DNA of 64,000 bases from a virus: IMG/VR virus record IMGVR_UViG_3300045988_089273. One strand, given 5' to 3'. Below, in pieces: positions 58,437 to 64,000 of the stretch. The notes beneath the pieces are model-generated. The model was given only the letters and a program-made list of their open reading frames with translations. It was not told the DNA's origin and searched no databases. A program made the position numbers and the translations under genes. The number at the start of each line of letters is the position of its first letter. Positions within the stretch are counted from its first letter, which is position 1.

Positions 58437-58951
58437 CCGAAAACCTCTTTGGCAATTTCTCGTACGGAAATGATAATAGCTTCTTCCGCATGGTACATCG
58501 GCATATAAGCCCTATTTCCAAAAGAGTGATGTAATTTTCCGCTTTCGTCCTTATACCACCAACCGTTAGGATTGTCCCAATTGCCTTTTCCGGGATAAGT
58601 ACCCATCCCGTACTTATCCCCGGATGAAAGTGGATAGCTGTCAGTACCGTATGAAATCCCTGCTGAAAATTCTATAAAAAGCACATCTGTACCAGACAAT
58701 CTTACTGTTACACCGGTTATTTCACCTTTGACATTATTTATGATTTCGGTATAATAATCTCCCTTTTCTTCTTCTGGTATTGATTCCATTGTAGTTTGAA
58801 TAACATTCAGACCGATTTCAGAAAGTCTTTTGATGAATCTTTCATTCTTACTTGCAAGTGACTTCTGGTACGTTCTGAGCTCCTTTATTGTGTCCTGTAT
58901 AGATTTATGCGACAGTTCCATTTTGATAGTCTTATTCGCCATCTGAGCCAT
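58433..58951 (-). CDS. HK97 gp10-like tail/neck component (172 aa)
   Basis: Assigned from its position among the connector genes and general similarity to gp10-family proteins. Weak assignment. Confidence 0.4.
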   Translation of the reverse strand: MAQMANKTIKMELSHKSIQDTIKELRTYQKSLASKNERFIKRLSEIGLNVIQTTMESIPEEEKGDYYTEIINNVKGEITGVTVRLSGTDVLFIEFSAGISYGTDSYPLSSGDKYGMGTYPGKGNWDNPNGWWYKDESGKLHHSFGNRAYMPMYHAEEAIIISVREIAKEVFG

Positions 58952-59330
58952 CTCCTATATACTTGATGCCATATCGTGCCACATTTCCTTTCTGGGTATC
59001 AAGAATCTTTTTCAGGCGGTAGTCTGGCGGTACTGTAGGTTCTCCATCTTCGCCTAAGATAAGTTCGCCTGCTTCGGTCAGTTCCGGCTTGCAGTCTATC
59101 CAGAATACATCGGCGGTCTGTGGTTTGAAGTTGCGGCCAAAGTTCGTGATGTATCTGTCGTAGTCCGGGATATAACCGGCGGATAATTCCTCTGGCGTTC
59201 CGGCAGTCGCAGATACGGATAGGTGATATATTTCTGGCTTTTGGTACGTTTTGATTGTATCTATCCCGTCAAGTCCTTCGGTTACTCTTGACCAATACAC
59301 TGTCTGTTTTTGACGTTTTAATCCTCTCAT
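58932..59330 (-). CDS. head-tail connector-type protein (132 aa)
   Basis: Start at ATG 59330 (MRGLKRQKQ...), with an ATGA overlap with the upstream small ORF. Confidence 0.5.
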   Translation of the reverse strand: MRGLKRQKQTVYWSRVTEGLDGIDTIKTYQKPEIYHLSVSATAGTPEELSAGYIPDYDRYITNFGRNFKPQTADVFWIDCKPELTEAGELILGEDGEPTVPPDYRLKKILDTQKGNVARYGIKYIGDGSDGE

Positions 59331-59491
59331 TTCGATTCCTCCCAAAATAATTCCTCGTCATCTGCTTCTGCATATTTCTGGCATTCTGCCCGAAGCTTTT
59401 CTATTTTTCCATTGGTTTCTTCTGATCTGATTCCCAATTGAAGATTAAAAATCACAGACCACAGGGCAGATATTATTTCAAGTTTTCTCAT
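59327..59491 (-). CDS. small hypothetical protein (54 aa)
   Basis: Below the ORF-track cutoff. Translation MRKLEIISALWSVIFNLQLGIRSEETNGKIEKLRAECQKYAEADDEELFWEESK. Overlapping stop/start at both ends. Confidence 0.4.
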   Translation of the reverse strand: MRKLEIISALWSVIFNLQLGIRSEETNGKIEKLRAECQKYAEADDEELFWEESK

Positions 59492-59609
59492 GTTCATCTA
59501 AAATGTATTGTTTTTCTTCATCGGTCAAAGCTTTCATGCTCTTGATTTTTGTGGAAGTGATTTTCCCGGATTTGTACAGCCGTTTTAAGCTCTCAACTAA
59601 AGTTCTCAT
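59478..59609 (-). CDS. small hypothetical protein (43 aa)
   Basis: ATGA overlap with the upstream stop. Translation MRTLVESLKRLYKSGKITSTKIKSMKALTDEEKQYILDEHEKT. Confidence 0.4.
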   Translation of the reverse strand: MRTLVESLKRLYKSGKITSTKIKSMKALTDEEKQYILDEHEKT

Positions 59610-59923
59610 GATATCACCCCTTCCATAATCAACTGTTCTGTGTATGCATCAACCATAGCGTTTGCATACTCTGTCATTTCTGCAGTAGGTTCTTCGTCTC
59701 CTGCGTAATCAAGATATTCAGATGGATTTTGAGATATTTCCTCTTGCGTGTGCTTAAATGTTCGAAATATGTTTCCGTCATATTCATACATTTCTTCAGA
59801 TTTTCCGTCTTGATTTTCAACTGTGACTTTCCTTTCATTCTGGCAGATTACAACATCTATTCCCTTTTCAAGAGGATACGTTGAAACTTCAAGCTGTGGC
59901 AAATTGAATCTCATTGTTTGCAT
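59606..59923 (-). CDS. acidic hypothetical protein (105 aa)
   Basis: Start at ATG 59923 (MQTMRFNL...) with AAAGGAGA 7 nt upstream. It overlaps the RT 3' end by 35 nt. Confidence 0.55.
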   Translation of the reverse strand: MQTMRFNLPQLEVSTYPLEKGIDVVICQNERKVTVENQDGKSEEMYEYDGNIFRTFKHTQEEISQNPSEYLDYAGDEEPTAEMTEYANAMVDAYTEQLIMEGVIS

Positions 59924-61079
59924 GTGTAAGTCTCCTTTCAGTTTTGGATATTTTCGATTCACAACGTTTTAAAATATAGGGTATATCGTATTTCTTTCTG
60001 AAATGTTTGGTATTTGAGTTTTTAATTGCACCATATCTTCCGATAAAGCTTTTAGCTGTCTGGTAATCAGCATCTTTGCCTTTACGAAGCTGCGTCCGCG
60101 CTTTCTTTGCAGTTCTGCGGAATCTGATAAAATTAGAAGAACGGAGTGTAAGACTTTTTCTTGAAACTTTTCGGCCAAGGATATCAATATATTGGTTTCT
60201 AAGGTCAATAAAATTAAGTTTATTCTTTAATTTCAGCCCCAGAAACTGTTCTATATATTCTTTAAATTTCTTTACCGTATATTTTAAATCTTTCAGACTT
60301 CTAAACAAAATCAGAATATCATCCATTTGAAACAATACATGGGATACTGCATTTATGGTTTTGCAGACACCATTCTTGCATTTTCTGGTTTTTAAAATCA
60401 TCTCACTTGCAAAATGATAGGCATAACTCATATAATAATTGGCCAGATACTGACTGAGATAAGAGCCAATGGAAAGGCCACCTAAAAATGTATCAATCAG
60501 AAAGAACACCAAATGCAAAATTCCAGGATTATCAACATCTCTGGACAAAAGATTTTTTAACTTCTTTTTGGGAATTGTCTCATAATATTGCTTTACATCA
60601 TCCTGCCAAGCCCAACGTATGCTATGGTCGCTAAGCCATCTTTTAATTGCTTTTGCTCCAAAATCATTTCCTTTCTTCTTTAACGCACCGCATTGATAAA
60701 AGCCTAGCTTTTTACGAAACAGTTCTTCCATAGCATATACGGCAATGTAATCATAAATTTGCTGTTTGATATCCTGTATTCCAATGTTTCTGATTTTTCC
60801 GTTGCATTTGTCAGTTTGCTTTCTATATTGGATTGGTTTTACGATATACTTTTTATGGATAATCTCCTGCTGAATGCCGTCAATTACTGTGTTAATGAGT
60901 CCATTCATCATACGGAAGTCTTTGCAGATCTTTTTTATAATGTCAAAAGGTACACCCGAATATTCAGAAAACATCCGAACAACGTCCCCCCTGTCCATTT
61001 TCCCATGCAGACAATCTCTAACTGCTTTTTCAATCAATCGCCTATCTGTTATGTCTATTCTTTTACAGCATCTTTTCAT
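59889..61079 (-). CDS. DGR-type reverse transcriptase
   Basis: RT motifs seen are IRNIGIQDIKQQIYDYIA (1/2), YYETIPKKKL (3), GLSIGSYLSQYLANYYM (4, carrying the DGR-specific IGxxxSQ), FQMDDILI (5) and GLKLK / IDILGRKV (6/7). Lies 228 nt downstream of the TR. Confidence 0.9.
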   Translation of the reverse strand: MKRCCKRIDITDRRLIEKAVRDCLHGKMDRGDVVRMFSEYSGVPFDIIKKICKDFRMMNGLINTVIDGIQQEIIHKKYIVKPIQYRKQTDKCNGKIRNIGIQDIKQQIYDYIAVYAMEELFRKKLGFYQCGALKKKGNDFGAKAIKRWLSDHSIRWAWQDDVKQYYETIPKKKLKNLLSRDVDNPGILHLVFFLIDTFLGGLSIGSYLSQYLANYYMSYAYHFASEMILKTRKCKNGVCKTINAVSHVLFQMDDILILFRSLKDLKYTVKKFKEYIEQFLGLKLKNKLNFIDLRNQYIDILGRKVSRKSLTLRSSNFIRFRRTAKKARTQLRKGKDADYQTAKSFIGRYGAIKNSNTKHFRKKYDIPYILKRCESKISKTERRLTHANNEIQFATA

Positions 61080-61306
61080 ATTTTTAAATTCCTTTAAGGG
61101 TTTATTTTACCGTTTAAATTCCGAGGGACGTTCGGATTTCTACTAGCCCCAGTTTATGCCTTACGCATAAACTACCAGTTTCCTCGTCAGGCTACCGGTT
61201 CCCTTTTTGTTTCCTATTTAAGTACCTTATACGGTAATGAAATTTAATCCACGAAATGCCACACAAAAGTACCAGTGTACTAAATTATCTCGTCAAATTT
61301 ATAAAA

Positions 61307-61403
61307 GCAGAGGGCGTAGTTCCAGTTCGCGTTCGAAACGTCGTTCCTGAGATTCGCGTACGAAAAGCCCGCATTCGACTCGTTCCTCAGATTACCGCGC
61401 CGC
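61307..61403 (-). repeat. DGR template repeat (TR)
   Basis: 97 nt, non-coding. Aligns gap-free with 61498..61594. It carries 22 adenines on the minus strand, 14 of them substituted in the VR. Confidence 0.85.
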
Positions 61404-61436
61404 CTGTGTGACAAGTCCTATATACTATTATTTTAT

Positions 61437-61454
61437 AGAGGGGCATCCCCCTCT
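61437..61454 (-). promoter_or_regulatory. GC-rich hairpin downstream of the VR (DGR target-recognition-type element)
   Basis: AGAGGGG (61437..61443) pairs with CCCCTCT (61448..61454) around a 4-nt loop. It lies 43 nt 3' of the VR end on the coding strand, with no T run after it. Confidence 0.55.
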
Positions 61455-61491
61455 TTTGCTACGCAAAATTCACCCCTAAAAGGTTCGGAAT

Positions 61492-63003
61492 TTAAACGCA
61501 GAGGGCGAAGTGCCAGTACGCGTTCGAAACGCCGTTCCCGAGACCCGCGCACGAAAAGCCCGCAGACGACTCGTCCCACAGACAACCGCGCCGCAATGCT
61601 TCTCTCCAACCAGTTCCCGTACCTCCATTATATTCTCTGTCTCCAACTCCTACGGAATCTCCTGCGCCTTTAGTCCGCAATGTAATTACACCGGTTTTTA
61701 AATCAATGTTAATATCTCCAATCCAACAATCATCTGAAGAACCCAAGTCAACCGTTACAACTTTAGTCCATCCAGTCCCGGTTGCTGACCATGCGGATTT
61801 TCCACGCACATAATAATCGACTGTGCTTGCAGATGTTTTGTTCCACAATTCATTCATGGATATATAATAAGCACCAATCATATCTTCGATGCCACCGAGT
61901 TTGAATGGATAAATTCCGTCATTCGCAATATATCCGTCCGTGCCTTGAACATTATCTGTTGTTCCAGAATGCAATGGCATCGAGCTGATATAAGTATCTG
62001 TTGTAATTGCCATTCCTGTCTTTTCAACATATACGCGACTATTTGCTGTACCCTCAATAACTTCTATTGCAGTTACTCTGACTTTATCTGCAATATTTCT
62101 CATCCAGGTAGCGCCACGTTCAAGATTATCCGTGTGCCCTGTTGCATCTCCTATGGATACTGTTAAGCTAACTTTGAAATTATTCGCCTGAGCCGTTGGA
62201 AGAACTACATAATTTACATTTGTGTCTGCCTGTGCAACTTTATATTGGAAATTGTATCTAGTGCAGCCTTGGAATATCTGTTGACTGTTTTTAGTTGCAT
62301 ACTTAATCCACAACATGCACAGTAAGTAAGCAGTACGTTCAGAACCGGAACCGTGGTATCCAGTTCCTTTTTTCTGCAATTCAGTGTTTCCTGACTCTGC
62401 TGAAACAAAATTGTAAATTGCATTACCGGAAGAAGAATACAGCAAACCGTCAATTTGCCCTGCGTAATATTTTGTTAAAATCCCGTACCCGAGTTCTTCA
62501 TTGCACCACGGAGTCACAGTTGTGCACTCAAGTTCTGGATGTGGTTTTGTTGCAAAATGCACAATATAATAAGTGTCAAATTCCTGTATTCCCCAATAGG
62601 TCAACGGAACCATAACGCCTACATCTACTTTTCCAGTACGTTTAAAGCCATTTCCGCCATCAATTGCTACGGGGATTTTATTTTCACTGTCATCAATAAT
62701 GAAATTGCAATCCATTGCGCTGAATGCACTTCGGTTCGCAAAATCATCACGATTTTTTGACGTTTCTGTGGAAGGAGTTGATTCCATTCCAACAGAATCA
62801 TTCATTTTTTCACCCTTTGGATTCGTACTAGTGCCATACCAATAAAATTTTGTGGAAAAAACTTCATCTGTTGCCATTTTTTGGTAAAAGTTTTTCCAAT
62901 CAAATTTTGATACATCCGTTACCATTGTTTTTACTACTTTAAGAAGTGATAAAATTTCTTGTGAAGTTTTTTCCATTGCCACATCTACTGACACCTGTGC
63001 CAT
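61492..63003 (-). CDS. DGR target protein (503 aa) with C-terminal variable, C-type-lectin-fold-like region
   Basis: The C-terminus ...WREALRRGCLWDESSAGFSCAGLGNGVSNAYWHFALCV is encoded by the VR. No family recognised for the N-terminal 460 aa. Confidence 0.85.
   Translation of the reverse strand: MAQVSVDVAMEKTSQEILSLLKVVKTMVTDVSKFDWKNFYQKMATDEVFSTKFYWYGTSTNPKGEKMNDSVGMESTPSTETSKNRDDFANRSAFSAMDCNFIIDDSENKIPVAIDGGNGFKRTGKVDVGVMVPLTYWGIQEFDTYYIVHFATKPHPELECTTVTPWCNEELGYGILTKYYAGQIDGLLYSSSGNAIYNFVSAESGNTELQKKGTGYHGSGSERTAYLLCMLWIKYATKNSQQIFQGCTRYNFQYKVAQADTNVNYVVLPTAQANNFKVSLTVSIGDATGHTDNLERGATWMRNIADKVRVTAIEVIEGTANSRVYVEKTGMAITTDTYISSMPLHSGTTDNVQGTDGYIANDGIYPFKLGGIEDMIGAYYISMNELWNKTSASTVDYYVRGKSAWSATGTGWTKVVTVDLGSSDDCWIGDINIDLKTGVITLRTKGAGDSVGVGDREYNGGTGTGWREALRRGCLWDESSAGFSCAGLGNGVSNAYWHFALCV
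61498..61594 (-). repeat. DGR variable repeat (VR), last 32 full codons of the target gene
   Basis: 83/97 identical to the TR. All 14 differences fall at TR adenines (coding strand). Confidence 0.85.
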
Positions 63004-63016
63004 TTAATACATCCTC

Positions 63017-63514
63017 CTATTTTCCATCGTCATAAGTTACTCTAAGTCCGCCAGCCTCGTTGACACTGAGTGTAATTCCTTGCCCGTTGGCTTTCTTTTT
63101 CAGTTCTTCCTGGAAATCAATATTTGAAACATATCCAGAATCATTTTGCAATTCACTTGTTTTACTTGGAATTTTCGAATCAGCCGGTAACGCACCAACT
63201 TCATCAGCTGTATATGTTGGCTTGTTCTGCTGCTTTGCCCAATCCGCCAATTCGCTTGACTTAATGTAAAGCGACATATCAATCGGGGCTCCCATGGTAT
63301 CCCATACTACCCCATTCCACGCAACGTTCATTCCTGCTTCGCCGTAGGCCGACTTAGACTCGATATTGTACATATCACCGATATCCGGGTTTAACGGAAG
63401 TAAATCAGCGGTTGCAACTGTACCACGGTAAATAATAGGCGTTTTTATTTTTGCTTCCATATCGGAAATCTGGCGTTTTAATATTGCATATACTTTCTTT
63501 GCTGTTAATGCCAT
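63017..63514 (-). CDS. hypothetical structural-module protein (165 aa)
   Basis: Start at ATG 63514 (MALTAKKVYA...) with AAGGAG 6 nt upstream. Confidence 0.6.
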   Translation of the reverse strand: MALTAKKVYAILKRQISDMEAKIKTPIIYRGTVATADLLPLNPDIGDMYNIESKSAYGEAGMNVAWNGVVWDTMGAPIDMSLYIKSSELADWAKQQNKPTYTADEVGALPADSKIPSKTSELQNDSGYVSNIDFQEELKKKANGQGITLSVNEAGGLRVTYDDGK

Positions 63515-63525
63515 GCGTTTCTCCT

Positions 63526-63768
63526 TTACAGTTTGTACCATGTGTCGGTAGGTTTGTGATATTCGTATAATTCAGAAGTATCAAGGCACAATGCTGAAGA
63601 ACCACTCTCTACATAATGTGGGAGCTTTGATACGTCTTTTGAAAGCCCCTCGTAATCACGAACCATACCTTTCGCATCTGTACACACCCAACTGCCTAAA
63701 TCCGGCAATTCGTCACCGGGATTGTACTTGATTCCATCAAAAATAACTGTGTTTTCTGCTTTTGCCAT
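63526..63768 (-). CDS. hypothetical protein (80 aa)
   Basis: ORF-track frame that abuts the upstream gene. Confidence 0.55.
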   Translation of the reverse strand: MAKAENTVIFDGIKYNPGDELPDLGSWVCTDAKGMVRDYEGLSKDVSKLPHYVESGSSALCLDTSELYEYHKPTDTWYKL

Positions 63769-64000
63769 TTATGCAATCATCCTTTCTGCCCCGATAGGAG
63801 CCACATATGTGAACTGGTTTCCTAGTATATCTCTAGCTGTGCCAATCACGAAACAAGAATAGTCGGCCAGAAGATTGCAACACCATTCTTCTGCATCCAC
63901 CCAATACCGTTTCTTGACCATGCGGTGAAGTTCTGGCAATAGACCGTAGCTGAACATCACGCAATGGCCTAATTCATGAATAAACACACGGTTCAGAAGC
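63769..64000 (-). CDS. partial HExxH metallopeptidase-like protein (N-terminus outside the window)
   Basis: The frame is open to the window edge (..LLNRVFIHELGHCVMFSYG..). HELGH is a zincin motif, as in ImmA/IrrE-type peptidases. Confidence 0.4.
   Translation of the reverse strand, partial: LLNRVFIHELGHCVMFSYGLLPELHRMVKKRYWVDAEEWCCNLLADYSCFVIGTARDILGNQFTYVAPIGAERMIA

Larger units (their letters stand above)
59889..63003 (-). mobile_element. diversity-generating retroelement cassette (target gene, VR, TR, RT)
   Basis: Gene order on the minus strand is target ORF with C-terminal VR, hairpin, TR, 227-nt spacer, RT. See the TR/VR alignment. Confidence 0.85.

Noticed and set aside
59606-59923. 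The 105-aa ORF overlapping the RT 3' end as the DGR accessory protein Avd.
   Set aside because: It is strongly acidic and not obviously an all-helical bundle, whereas Avd proteins are basic four-helix bundles. Kept as hypothetical.
59889-61079. The RT as a retron, group II intron or Abi/UG defence reverse transcriptase.
   Set aside because: No intron RNA domains or maturase/endonuclease tail, and no msr/msd-like inverted repeats. Motif 4 is IGxxxSQ, and an adjacent TR/VR pair with adenine-only mismatches fits a DGR.
1-64000. Genome-wide TGA reassignment (code 4 or 25) as the explanation for the in-frame TGA in the methyltransferase.
   Set aside because: TGA is used as a genuine stop in many tightly coupled ATGA junctions throughout the window (for example 692/695, 1109/1112, 8368/8371, 19661/19664, 34534/37). 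None of the tRNAs has a UCA anticodon.

Overview
This window reads as an AT-rich temperate siphovirus-type phage of a Firmicutes/Clostridia-like host. It looks like an excised or circularly permuted prophage. Almost all genes are on the minus strand and tightly packed, with many ATGA stop/start overlaps. There is no rRNA, CRISPR array or transposase.

Reading the minus strand from 64 kb downwards:
- 63.99-59.9 kb: a diversity-generating retroelement (DGR) cassette, with a 503-aa target gene, VR, TR and reverse transcriptase.
- 59.9-41.9 kb: head-tail connector and tail module. It holds the major tail protein, frameshift-type chaperone pair, a 1983-aa tape measure, a 1488-aa LRR/Ig-repeat tail protein and a 398-aa distal protein. 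Morons interrupt it: an HNH-like protein, a Rha protein, a holin-like protein and one plus-strand gene.
- 41.9-41.2 kb: a repeat-rich 0.6-kb intergenic region.
- 41.2-39.4 kb: a DUF1653 gene and the endolysin.
- 37.3-39.3 kb: a plus-strand cargo block with a membrane protein, a secreted protein and an orphan LytTR response regulator.
- 35.3-36.1 kb: a CI/Cro-type switch.
- 35.2-14.6 kb: a long early operon. It includes a KilAC antirepressor, a RecT-like protein, a Rad50/SbcC-like ATPase, an SSB-like protein, a broken MBL-fold gene, a GIY-YIG nuclease, a C5-methyltransferase with an in-frame TGA, a PAPS-reductase-like protein, a DnaD-like organizer and a DnaC-like loader.
- 13.2-14.6 kb: a tyrosine integrase with an attP-like tRNA 3' fragment.
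- 7.5-13.2 kb: an accessory island with DUF4417, a ~1-kb ORF-free GC-rich region, a second XRE switch with a six-gene plus-strand operon, and GC-rich hairpins.
- 6.9-7.5 kb: the small terminase.
- 0-6.4 kb: small genes including a tandem DUF2829 (Tad2-like) protein, a tRNA cluster (Gln, Met, Thr and one non-canonical tRNA-like gene) with long structured spacers, and a Bro-N antirepressor.

No large terminase, portal or capsid gene lies in the window, so they are presumably beyond the edges. All functional calls come from motif recognition by eye; no searches were run.
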